Source of the DNA: Macrostomum lignano
Taxonomy: Eukaryota
DNA length: 64,000 nucleotides
NCBI GenBank assembly: GCA_002269645.1
Contig: NIVC01000810.1
Location: forward strand, 62,001 to 126,000
Reading direction: 5' to 3'
The first letter of the stretch is position 1. The number at the start of each line of letters is the position of its first letter. The notes under the pieces were generated by a model, which was not told the DNA's origin, made no database searches, and saw only the letters and a list, made by a program, of their open reading frames with translations. Shown piece after piece: positions 19,521-32,100 of this stretch. The translations under genes were made by a program, and so were the position numbers.

Positions 19521-20689
19521 GCTCTCTTTTATCTCTCCTCTCCCATCTCTCTTCTCCTCTCTACTCTCTCCCCTCTTCATTCTCCTCTTTCCTCTTCTCT
19601 CTCCTCATTCACTTCTCTCTCCCTGTCTCTCCTCTCTCCTCTAGTCTCTGTAATCTCTTCTCTCTTCTCTCTCCTCTGTTCTCTCTACTCTCTCATCTCT
19701 CGTCTTTTTACCCTCATCTCTGCTCTCTCATCTGTCATTTTTACTCTCTTATCGGTTCTCTCACTTATCTCCTCTGTACTCTTCTCTTTCACCTCTTCTG
19801 ACTCCTCTCTTTCCTTTTTCCTTTCTCCTCTTCTCTTCTCTTCTCTTCCCTCTTCTATACTCTCTCCCTCTCTTGTCTTCTCTCTTCTCTCTCCACTCTA
19901 TCCTCCTTTATCTCTCTTATCTCACTTCTCATCTATCCTTCGTCTGTTCACTCTCATCTTTGCTCTCTCATCCCCCTCGCTCTTCTATCATCTTTACTCT
20001 CCTCTTTCCTGTGTACTCTTCTCTTTCCCCTCTTCTGACTCCTCTCTTTCCTTACTCCTCTCTTCTTTTCTCTTCCCTCTTCTATGCTCTCTCTCCTCTA
20101 TTATCTTCTCTCGTCTCTCTGCACTCCTCTCACCTTTTTAATCTCTCATCTTTACTCTCTCATCTCTCCTTTCATCTGTCCCATCTCTACAGTCTCATCT
20201 CTTTCATCTCTCCTCTTCCCTTTACTCTCTCATCTCTCCTTTCTACCCTCTTCTTTCACCACTCTCTTGTCTCAATCTTTTCTCTTCTCACTCCTCTCTC
20301 CCCCTCTTATCTCCTCTCTTCTCTATCCTTTCTACTCTCTCCTCTCTATTCTCTCCTCTCCTCTTGACCCTTTGTCATCTTCTTTCTGTCTGCTCTCTCA
20401 TCTCTACTCTCCTCTCATCGATCCTCTGTCTCATCTCTCCCGTCTTCTCACCTTTACTCTTTCCTCTCCCTTCTTTCTCCCCTCCTCTCACTTCTTTCTC
20501 CCTTCTTCTCTGCTCTCTCCTTACCACTTGTCTCTCCTCTTATCTTCCATGTTTTCTCATATCCCCCTCTCGCCTCTCCTCTCTTCTAATAGTCTATTCC
20601 TTCTCCTTTCCACTCTCATCTGGCCCGCACATAAGCTGGATTCTTTATCTGGCTTTTTAAGTAAAAGTCTTCCGATCCCTGCTTCGAAA
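19100..20689 (-). mobile_element. Related hAT-like element with greatly expanded CT/AG low-complexity interior, including a pure (CT)n at ~19440-19515
   Basis: The reverse complement of 20615-20689 (CAGGGATCGGAAGAC...AGCCAGATAAAGAATCCAGCT...CGGGCCAGATGAG) aligns with 17829-17905. The left boundary is uncertain. Confidence 0.55.
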
Positions 20690-20914
20690 GCCAGTTTGTG
20701 GGACGTACTACTCTCATGGCTGTTCTCATGCTTTGATCATGTCATCTTTCTTGCCAATTTGCAGTCCTGAAAGGAATTTGTGTATCTTCAGCTCCACCGC
20801 AGTCTGCATCAGTCTAACAACCAAGGAAATACGCATTTCTTAGGCCATTTAAATTAAAAGTACCTTTTAAGAGAAACTTAAAATTTTCATGGTGTGACTA
20901 ATTTAGTAGGGACT

Positions 20915-21690
20915 TAGGGATTGCAATTGCAGGCACTTTTTGGCCTGAAGGAATCCCGGGATTAGGGGCTCGGGATCCCGGGATTGGAAACTTTTTTGAT
21001 AAAGTGGGTGATATCCAGGAAATATCAAAATGTTCGTATTTTAAATACATTACACAAGTAACATTCGAACGCGTCGTGATCGTGACGTGACTCTCGATTC
21101 TCGAATCGGGATACAATACAAATTATACAATACATACAATACATGCGAGTCTCAAACTTGTGTTGTGTTTGTGTATTTGACTACTTGAGTTACTTGTGTA
21201 ACTTGTGTTATGTACATAAAAGCATTGAAAAATGACTGGGAGATAATTTTGCATGCATGTAATGTTTTATTTATATAGTACTATTTCATAGTAGTATTAT
21301 ACTATACTATACTACTATACTACTACTATACAATACAATATATAGTACATGTATACAAGTAATATATCGTATATATCGTACGATATATCGTATATCGTAT
21401 TGTATATATATACGATATATACGATATACTACTTACATGTATATATTATATATTGTATAGTAGTAGTATAGTATAGTAGTATATCGTATATATCGTATAT
21501 CGTATAGTAGTAATATAGTAAGTTGGACCAAGTACAGAATGCATTCTTAATTTGAAGCCGGTTTTCTGGCATTCTATCGGCAAAAACATTTAAAATGTCA
21601 ATATCGGGATTGGGTTCGGGATCTCGGGATTGAGTCATAGCTTCGTCCGGGATCCCGGGATCGTAGAACAGCCGGGATTTGCAATCCCTA
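20915..21690. mobile_element. MITE with TAGGGATTGCAA termini and CCCGGGATCCCGGG subterminal motifs
   Basis: 12-bp TIR at 20915-20926 / 21679-21690; AT-rich simple-repeat interior. No clear TSD. Confidence 0.6.
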
Positions 21691-22749
21691 ATCGGGAAAG
21701 AGAGGCAGGCGGGCGGAGGTTGGGGTGGTTGCTACGCTGAAAAAAGCAGCCTAACTTTAAAAGTGCACAGCGCCGTTCAGGATTCACTTTGAGACTTGAA
21801 ATTTTACATGATTGTGCCAAAATAGTTGAAGATTGTCTGTGTCAAATTTGAAGAGAATCGGTAGAAGTGGAGCGGCGCTATGGAGGATTAAGTGAAAAAA
21901 TCGCGCATTTTGAGGGTAGGAAGACTTGAGTCTAGGAAATTTAAAGGTAGCCTAAGACATTCTCCGTAGTAACTTTAGGGTGGGTGTAAAGTTTGGTGTA
22001 ATTTGGTTGAGCGGTTTGGGAGTCCATAGCGATCAAAATTGTACACACACACACAGACAGACAGACAGAGTTTTGATTTTTATATGTAGAGATTTTGAAA
22101 TTCACGTAGTGAATCGAAAGCTTAGAAGCGTTTATAAAACCGAACTTGTGATTAAATTACCATAATTAGATTATGCTGACTATTCAAATACATTCAGTTG
22201 TCATATTTTGATGCAGATCAGGACTGATTTGGCAGGGAAACAGCAGAACTTCGCAATACGAGCTATTTATCTAACGGAAGACCAATTTTTATAAACAAAA
22301 ACTTTCCCACAACAGCGAAGAATTGTTAGTTGGAAATACAAATTTTAAAATTCCGAGCTGTGGTTGGAAACTCTGTGGTTAAATAGAAACTGCTTAGGTT
22401 TATAAATAGATCTGCTAACTTATCTTTAGCTGCCTTCGACGTGTATTGGAATTTACAAATTTATACTCCAAATAATAATTAAATTGTTGATTTTGCGTAC
22501 ATTTTGAATTATATTATATGTAGTAGTTTTGTAGTTTACCAATTTGTAGTTTACCAATCAAAAAGCATATAGGATTCGCAAGGATCCAACACTTTTTAAT
22601 ACTCGTAGCTCCGCTTATAATAACTAAAGCTATTTAATCAGTTCATAATGAATAGACAGTTGCTGCAACACAGTAACTCTGAAAAGTAATGTTTTAATTA
22701 ATTGGTTTAATGATTTACATTAGCAGTTGACAAACTTTTTACCTCAAAT

Positions 22750-22970
22750 GCCAAAGGAGAGGAGAGAAAGGAGAGGAGAGAAGGGAGAGGAGAGAAGGGA
22801 GAGGAGAGAAGAGAGAGGAGAGAAGAGAGAATAGAGCAGAGAAGAGACACAAACCTTATGCGGGCCGGATTGCTATTGTGAAGTTTTAAAGGACCCGAGG
22901 GCCGGATGGAGAGGCATCTTGATGAGAGGCATCCAGAAGCTTGACGAGCCGGAGTTAGCCAACCTCTGGT
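22750..22970 (+). mobile_element. 3' fragment of the same hAT-like family
   Basis: GA-rich stretch followed by GGATTGCTATTGTGAAGTTT (also at ~18303) and terminus GTTAGCCAACCTCTGG. Confidence 0.55.
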
Positions 22971-23152
22971 TAATCATATTTTAATGGTTTACGTGATTTA
23001 ATGTTTTTGCGTGCTAAACATTCAGATTCTGATTAAACAAAAACAATTCTGAAATCACAAGAATAAATAAAATATAAATATTAACATGCTAAAACAGAAG
23101 AGTTCAGTTTTTATTGTCAGAGTTTAGACACAGAAGCCAGTTTTTAAGCCAT

Positions 23153-26100
23153 TCAGTTGTCCGCTTCGTAGTACACAGTCTGTAAGAAAAACATTTGCTG
23201 GATGTACTTTTAGCATTAGCGAAATTCCGTGAATGAAGTATTGAAGTTACAAAGAAGCTGTTCAACTCACGCTAGGGTCGTTCGGTTTCCCAGCGGCCTG
23301 CAGCTCGACACCTCCTCCTCGACCGCTAGCGGCAGCTCGAGTCCTCTTGAGCACAGCAGCAACAGTTGCCACGGCAACTACGGCTAGTGAGCAGCAGAGT
23401 ACAGCAACTGTCGAAGCCGGCGTGACAGTTATTGGCCATCTATATACTGCAGCTTTTGCTGAAAGGAGAAATTGTGTTTTTGGGATTTGGGATGGGATCA
23501 ATCTCAAACCGACCCAGAAACTTACCGAAAGCATCCTGAAATGTTCTTTTTATCGTTAGAGCTGGGAATGGGTTGAGAACATCTGAGTAAGGCTGGCTGA
23601 GCTTGCAAGTGACCTCAACCTCAGTTTGCCGCTCGGAAAACCGATGAATGAGTCGCACTCTCCGAATCCAGCCCCGGTTGCTGTCTGTGCGATAGGGCTC
23701 AGGAATTACCTGTCAGTCAGAATGAATAAAAGTGAAGAGCATTAGAATCTGTGGGCCATGCAGAGTACGAGCTATCAATAAAAAATGCAGAGTTCAAACC
23801 GTAAGTCTCTCGCCGTCTGATCTGCCGGAGTTCAGGGTGCACTTCAGAACAGGTTTTGGATTACCTTCGCCCGTTTCCACAGTCAGGTTGAGGTCGGACC
23901 CGTTCACCAACTGGCCTGACCAGCTGATCCAGTTCGATGGGACTGCGGGAGGATCAGACGTTTGAGTCGGTAGTGCTTAGAAGTCTAATGGCATTAGATA
24001 CTTGTAGATCAACTTATATTCAAGTGAAGAGCGCTCACAGATCACAGAAATATTCTTCCGGAAAACTCGATCTTGCAGTCCATCTTGCTTGACTCTGCAG
24101 ACTACATGGCCGCCGTTCATCCACTTTTCAACCTTCATGCCGAAGCTGGTCTCGAGCTGGTTCGCCTCTTTGACTTGCTTTACAAAACTGTCCAAGCTCA
24201 CTACGAGACCATCGGCTGTCTGCCGCCAGCACCGGTGACTGGGCTTCGGGTTGCCACCCAGGGACTTCACGGAGACTGAGAGGTGCTCACCCTCTCTCAG
24301 TAGTTGCAGCCGAGTAGCAGTCCATTGAGTTTTTGCTTCATCTGAAAGAAATGAGCAGCCTTAATTGGCAGATGTGCAACCGACAGCTCAACCGCAGCTA
24401 TTGCGCGGCGCATCTGAAGGCTGCGTACGGCTGTTCAGTCCAAGGACTGGGGGGGGGGGGGTCCGCCACACACACCCTCAATTACCTCAGCTAATGCCGG
24501 CACCCATTTTACAGCTGGGTGAACTGAAGCAATGCAGAGTTAAGTGTCTTGCTCAAAGACAAAAATTTTTTCTAGTGGATCGAGGATCGAACCCCCGACC
24601 TTACAGTCGTGAGTCCGACGCTCCAAACGCTAGGCTACAACCCCATTTGACTTTATACTGTGTACACCCCTAAAGAAGTACTATAGACATGTTCCGTTTA
24701 ATAGTTAAACTCAATAAAAATTCGGAAAACAAAATTTAAAAACTCACACAGCACATTGAGCGTCTCACTGCTCACTAGTAAATTAAAAACAGTGAAACCG
24801 TTCGGAGCGATTTGGACAATTTGACATTTGATCCGCATTCCATTGTCACTGGCAGCAGGTGTGAATCTCCAAGTCGATGAGTTGTTGTTGGAAGCTGGGA
24901 TCTAAAAGTTTTGATTTATTGCATTACTTTTACGATTATCTGCTCCGATCATTCTGTTACAATTTCGACGTACCGCTTGTTGAAGCGTCCTCTCAGCCAG
25001 GTGACAAAAGTGTCGAGCTGGTGGATTTCCTGAATCCGATGTCTGCAGGGTGAAACTCACAGCAGATCCGCTCAGAATTCGAGCTGAGGATAAACTGATC
25101 GATGCGTTTCGGATCGCATCTGCGAGGGTTCAAAATTATTTTAACAGCTTATGATAATGTAGGCTTAAAACTTAAGATAAATGTGCAACTTACAGAACAC
25201 ATCAAGAGTCTTGTTTATCCACTGCGCCAACTTGTCATCCTGCTCAAATGCACAGCTGAGAGTCCTTCTATTGTACTTGCGTGTTATCGCATTCAGCATG
25301 AATTGCTTTTCAAACCGGTCCGGTGCTAGAGACGCATTAGATGGTGCAGTTTCCTACCATTGGAGAAGTTTTCGTGAATAATGAGGTTACAGTAAACCAA
25401 AACATACTTTAATAACAGCTGGGTAAAGGCAAACCTGAAGCAGGGTTCCTCCAGCCCAGCAGGTGACATTTCTCACGGGTGGTTTGCCACCGACTGACAC
25501 CGCTGTGATGGTTAAATTGTCGCCTTCAGTAATGAATGCACTGGGACTGAGAGTCAGTGAGTTGTTGGCTAAGACTGAAAATTGGAATGAAGGTCTCAGA
25601 ATTTTATGCTTAATGTCATCGATTGGTAATTTTTGCGGCCAATATTTCTGTAGAAATTTTCTTTGTTATAAGGCTGATGAAAGAGGGTCAAATCCGGATC
25701 AATCACTTATCAGTAATCGATTACCAATGTCAATTACGCGAGTAGTTTAAATTACTAATAATAATGCAATATAATAATAATATGTGCAACCGACAGCTCA
25801 GCTGCAGCCATTGCGCGGCGCATCTGAAGGCTGCTTACGGCTGTCCAGTCCAAGGACTGAGGGGGGGGGGTCGCCACACACACCCTCAGTTACCCCATCT
25901 GGGTGAACTGAAGCAATGCAGAGTTTGCACAAGGACACAAATTGTTCCTAGTCGGTAGAGAATCGAACCCCCAACCTTTCAGTCGTGATTCCGACGCTCT
26001 AACCACTAGGATATAACCTCCTCTCAAATTACAAAAGAAAAATTTGCGAAAGGCTTATACTATGTATGATACTCATAGATAACGCAGGCTTAGAAATAAT

Positions 26101-29100
26101 ACTTACATTAACCATAGATTTAACATACAAGTAGATCGTCTTTTGCCAAAATCAAAAAAACTTACGAAAAAGTTCGACTCGGCCGCTGCTAAAAGTCTGA
26201 TTGAATAAAGTCGAACCATCTTTGGCAGTTTGAACGATTTCGCAGTAGACTTTCTGTCCAGAGTCATCGGTAGGGAAGTTCCACGTCCAGAGTGATGACG
26301 CATTCCGACATGCCGAAGGCTGAAACCCGTTTTGGATGCTGAGAGCGAAAATAAGAAAGGTACAGCACTGTTAAAATGGTTTTCCCTACCTTTAAAAGAT
26401 TGAGAATCCTTCCAGAAGCAGAGCAGCTGTGCAGAGCCGGAGGATTACCGCAGTCAGAGACGAGCAGCAGAATTTCAGCTGGAGAATTCGCTCGGGTCTG
26501 CGGTGCGGCCAGCCTGATGGAGGCACTCCGCACTGGGTCTGCAAGGTTTTTAAATATTTTTCACTCCAATTCCATTGCCCTGTTTTTGAGACATTTATCC
26601 CACTCAACTTCCGCCTGAAGAAACTGATTGCCAATGTACTCGTAGTTTTTACGCGTATATTTTTACTACTTGCAATTAGCACTAGAATTCGGCATTCTTC
26701 AATTAAATTTTTGATAGTCATTGTGTGAAAAAGTCAACTTTATCCTTACAAAAAACGGTGATGTTTTGCCGAAAATTGCTGCTCAAATTTTCGAGGCCGG
26801 TCTGAGAGACGCTGCACGCCACTGAGCCGCCGTCCATCCGCCTTGTGGAGTTCGCGCTGAAGTTGGTGCTCTTCGCTCTGCTGCCTGTCTGATCCGACTG
26901 AGTTCCATCAGTGCTGCTCATGCTTATATTCCCACCCTGAGCTGTCCGCAGCCAGCACCGGTGACTGGGCTCAGGGTTGCCACCGACTGACCGAACTGAG
27001 ACTGACACGGGCTCGCCCTCCTTCATCACCAGAGGCTGAGTTGCATTCCATGAGTTCCTTGACGCATCTGTTGTACAAATCAATTCATTTGAATAGCGTT
27101 CCATTCACTCAGAATCATAACAATGGGAAACAAAAACGACTCAAACTCACAGAGCACATCGAGTTTGTCACTGACTACTGACTTGCGAAACAAAACTGTG
27201 CTGCTTTCAGTCATCTGCAAAAGATCACACTGGATTTGCTGTCCGTTGTCTCCGGCCAGAGCGTTCAGTGTCCATAGAGATGTAGCATTTGATGCAGATT
27301 GAGGCTGGAATCAGTTTAGGGAACGAGGTTATTGTCATGTATCACCTGTCAGTCAAATACTACAAACTACAGCCTTACCATAATCTGTGTGAGATTCCTT
27401 CCGGAAGCAGAGCAGCTGTGCAGAGCCGGAGGATTGCCGCGGTCAGAGGCCAGCAGCAGAATTTGAGCTGGGGAATTCGCTCGGATCTGCGGTGCGGCCA
27501 GCCTGATGGAGGCGCTCCGCACGGGGTCTGCGGTGTTTGCATATGCAGTTGGCTATTGTGTACAAATTGTGTACCAACTGAAAAAACTATATATGTGAAG
27601 CCACATGCTGTTGCAAATAATGATAGTCAGCTATCCATCACGTGACTCACACAGAGCAGCTGGCAGCGGATGCCGGGCCCAGGTCTCGATCAGTCCCGAC
27701 TGATTCACCAGACACGCAACGGATGCGCTGCTGCCCCACCGTCTGCTCACAGTTACTGAGAATGTGCTGCTCGAGTTTGTGCTCTGGAATGAGTTCATTT
27801 CACACCATGCTTTCTGCAGGTCTCGGCGGCAAAACTGTAAAATACTCACCGAGACAATCCGCAGTGTCGAGTTCGGGACTCCCTCCGACACCAGAAAGCA
27901 GCTATGACTGGTTGTCACCCAGTTTCCTTGAGATGAGTCAGCTGTCAGATTGACAGTCGCTCCATCTATCCAGCTGGAGTCTGGGGGAAGCAGAAACCGA
28001 GTGCTGCAGGCCTCTGAAACGGTTCGAGTCGGGAGTGCTAAGGCGATTGCTGCGGTGAGAACCAGCTGTGAGAACTCACCGAGTAGCTTAGGCAGGCGCA
28101 GTGTTACTGGTGCTATATTTGTGCTGTCACTGCATTTTATGCTGCAAGATATGTTTCCATTCTTATATTCTGATTGCAGTTTCACCTCAAAGTACGACTT
28201 TGCACCGATATTTCTAGTACTGAACTTCTGTGTTTCACTCTAAAAGCATGCATGAAAGTTCACAAAAAATGTGAATGCGCACGATATTGAGTCGAAAATA
28301 CAGCGCTTTTATTCTTACACTGAAAGTCGAATTCAGTCTTTTTATTGAGATCGTTTTCGGCTTTTTTCGTCTTGATGTACTGCCATAATTTCTCGGATCA
28401 TATGTAAGATAGCAGTCGTACTCTGTTGCAGAAACCAAGCCATCCGTGCTGAGAGAGAACACTGCTGTCCTGTTCACCACCCAGTGCTTGGTGATGCTCA
28501 GATCAAGACTTGGAGCTCCTGAAATTCAAAATCAAGGCTCTGTAAACTATAAATAAAAAAGTCATTTCTATATTAAAGAAGGCATGAGGTAAGAGCGTAA
28601 TGTGATGAATTGATACAATTCTACACAATTGACAGTTCATTTATTCGAAGTTAAACCTAAAGGAGATACGAGTACAATAGCAGCATCAAAGCTGAAAGTA
28701 TAGCAGAAAGTACGCTCGTAGATTCACGGTGGCAACCCCAAACCCAAAAAGGAAAAACACGGTAACATAAAAGATGTACGTCGTAAAGGCACAAAAATAC
28801 GGCTCACAGAGCACAAGTAACGCGCTGCCGAAGTTTCACTTCCAGATGATCAGCGACGCGGTTACTAACGCGGTTGACACAGCTTTCTACAGGCCAAGGC
28901 TGGGTGCCCGTATAACCGCAGCAGGAAGAGTAGCCGATGCCGATGGTGGTTGAGAGCCCGTGAAAGGCCCGGAAGTTAATGTTGCGCTTCACTTCATTGC
29001 ACTTCAAGAGTGGATGTTCGCAGCAGGGTCATGAAGGCCGCGTTGCCAGATGCACCGGTGTTGATGCAGCCCACCGCCGCGCTGTTGTCAGTTTAGAGGG

Positions 29101-32100
29101 CAACCCGGCTGTTCTCGAGCTGCTCCTTGAACATGATGATGGCCTTGCATCAGCGGCAGGCTGCTGCCTTTGTGTTAATATTTTGCCTGCCAGGTGGCCT
29201 CCCGCATCATGATCCAATTCAACGAGCACGATCGGGTCTGCTAATCGGTGGACCACGATGCCGCCGCCCTGCTGGCAGGCGTCCGTCTCCATGACAACTA
29301 GCCGGGTTGGTCGCACCCAGAGACCATCGCATACAAAAGCGGACAGCGCTTGTGGCCACCAGTACAGCTGAGCGAGGAGCTCGCCCGCCACAAGAATCCG
29401 ACGATGATGCCCTTTGATGGCTTTGGTGACGTCAATAGGAGCTCGCAGAAAAACTCGAGCGGCACCATTAGCAACTCACCGGTCTTGGTCTGCGGCTGGG
29501 ACAGCAGACCGGATGTGCTGTCGATATGCACTCCTAGAAGTGTGATGCACACAGGTTGGCTGGTCTTTTCTCAACGTATGCAGAATCTCAGCCTGGAAAT
29601 CAAGTCCAACAGGAAGTTATCTCAGCAACTCTCAACGGTCTCAGCAGTACCGCAGAAGTCGTCCAGATAGACCAAGACTGGTCGCGCAGCTTCAAGCTGA
29701 TGTAGCGCCGAAGCGCCTGTATGAGACGGTGAAAAATGTCGACCGATGCCGATGCACCGAACGGAAGTCTGGTGTCCACCTAGTAGGTCAGCTGTGGATC
29801 ACCCGCTGAGTGCCACTGAAGTCTGAGTGAATACGCACGCTATGATAGGCCTGGCTGAGGTCAATTTTGCTCATGAACCAGTTGCGCTTCAGACGCCGCG
29901 TCAAGTCGTCGACGCTCGCAAACCGCATCCTTTGACGCTCTGTGTAGCAGTCGTTAATGCTGTCTTCGGCGGGCATGGCTGCATCGTGGAATAGGCGGAT
30001 GCTCTTCTTGATGGCTCCCAGCGGGCTGACTTTGACCGGGACATCTACAATATGTCCAGCTCTGATGCGTGCACATAGCGGCCAGTCTCAAGTAAGTTCT
30101 GTGATTTCTTCCTTGATCTGGGACTCAATTAGCTGATAGGTGTCCTCGCGGCTGGATTGGCGACTGGGCCGGCTGCTGGGCTGGCGGCTGTGCTGGAGGG
30201 TTATGTGATTAAGCGGCAGTCAGGACGCTAACAGGCGTGACTATAGCCGATGACAGATGAGGCGAGACGGGAGAAACGGTAAGCGAGGTGGGGGTTGAAG
30301 TTAAAGACGAAGCGGTATGCGAGATAGCAGGCAAAGCAGAATGCGAGGCGGCGTCTATCAGATTTTTTAACCCAAACCATTACTGGGCTGCTGGACCGGG
30401 TGTGGAGCCTCACAGATGCGGCAGAGGTAGATGAAGTTGCAAGGCTGCCTGTGGCATCCGCGGTTGCTGTTGAAAAGCCTGGACATCGTCTACCTCATTA
30501 TGTTGCCTGGCTGTTTCCGAAAGAATTCTTGCTGCTTGTTATTGGCAGGTTTTTAGGCGCGGTCATGAGCTTGACTATGAGATTCTGAGATCTGGGCTGC
30601 CCCCGTCTCTTTGCCGCTCGTGCTGTAACAGATGCATGTCCTGATCATACCGTAGGATGACATTCCAACCGTAGTCTGCTTCCATGATCTCGTCATATGT
30701 ATGTTGAAATTGAGGTAAACCTTCAAGCGCCACAAATCAATATACTTCCATCGCTTCCTTTAGCGACAAGCTGGTTGGACTCAAGCAGTTGCTGCATTAT
30801 TCTGCGTTAGCAGCGATCCTATCGGGGTTGTCGGTCGCGATCATGCAGGACAGGGGAACATGTCCCCCCAGTAAAATCTATGGGGGGACATGCTAATGCT
30901 TTGTCCCCCCAACCCACTTTTGTTGACCTGTTATGGAAATCAATAATTTTGCTTCTGGGCGACAAAAATGGGACCTGCGGCGCTAAATGAGTCCTTGAGG
31001 CGCTAAAATGAGTGCCTGCGGTGCTATAATGATCGCTGACAACACCGATTCTGAAAATAATGTACATGTAGAAATTTAGTCATGTAAATGTACATGCAGA
31101 AATTTTGGCTCTGTCCCCCCCCACCATAAAATCCATGGCGACGCCCCTGGCTTCAGCCAAGCATCTGCTCCGAAGTTCTACGAAGTTCAGGATGAGCAGA
31201 GGGAGTCCAGCCGGCCGAGCTTCCGCTGAAAAAAGGGCCGAAATCACGTCGACATCTCCAGCTGTGGCGGTGGCATGCAGACCGATTTCCTGCCGGGATT
31301 GCGCTTCTTGCTTCTTCAGTTCTAGCAGCTCGATCCGCGACCGAGCTTGCTGAATTTCGCTATCAATTCGGCTCTCTTGGGGAATGTTGACAGCTTCAAT
31401 ATTCTCTGATTCTCTCCCGTTTAGCAGCTGATTTATCGCTGCAATCCGCCTCGTCTCTTTCTGCATCGTCTGGGGCTTCGGCATCGCCTGGCTTTGGTGG
31501 AGCAGCTTTAAGTCGCTCAATAAGCTCTTGCTTGTTTCTCGAAACCGGTAGGTCGTTGTCTCTCAGAGCCGCGCGGAGTTCGGCTGCTGTTAACCGATCG
31601 AGATCATACTTGGCGGCATATAGAAAATTTAGATTTAGAGCTAAATATTTTTGAGCTCACACAGACAGTCAAAAACACTTGAGTAAACAGAGGGGGATGC
31701 AAATAAAGGGGGCGCTTTCACAAACCCAAACTTTCACAATGTTGAAGCGGGGGAACGTCATTCACTTGAAATCTCACTACGCCGAAATTTCTTTTACCCG
31801 AAACTTCACAAACTCAACATTTCATAAACCCGAAATTTCACGTCGAATTACACTGGAAGGAGTGGAGACTTCACAAACCTAAAAGTTCACAATGTCGAAT
31901 AGTCAAAATTAGCTCACCGCTCCATTGCCACACGATAAAAATAACCAACAAAGACAATAGAGCCAACAGATTTAGTTGCTAACTGCAACAAAAAACGTTG
32001 AACAAATTTAAAATTTCTACTTTCTTTATTGTTTTGTAGGTAAAGTAGTGAAGTCTTCTATCTCTCTATTGTATTTTGACGTCGTGAAATATCCGGTTTG

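Noticed and set aside
17867-20770. Leu/Ser-rich membrane-protein-like ORFs
   Set aside because: Translations of CT-rich low-complexity MITE interiors.
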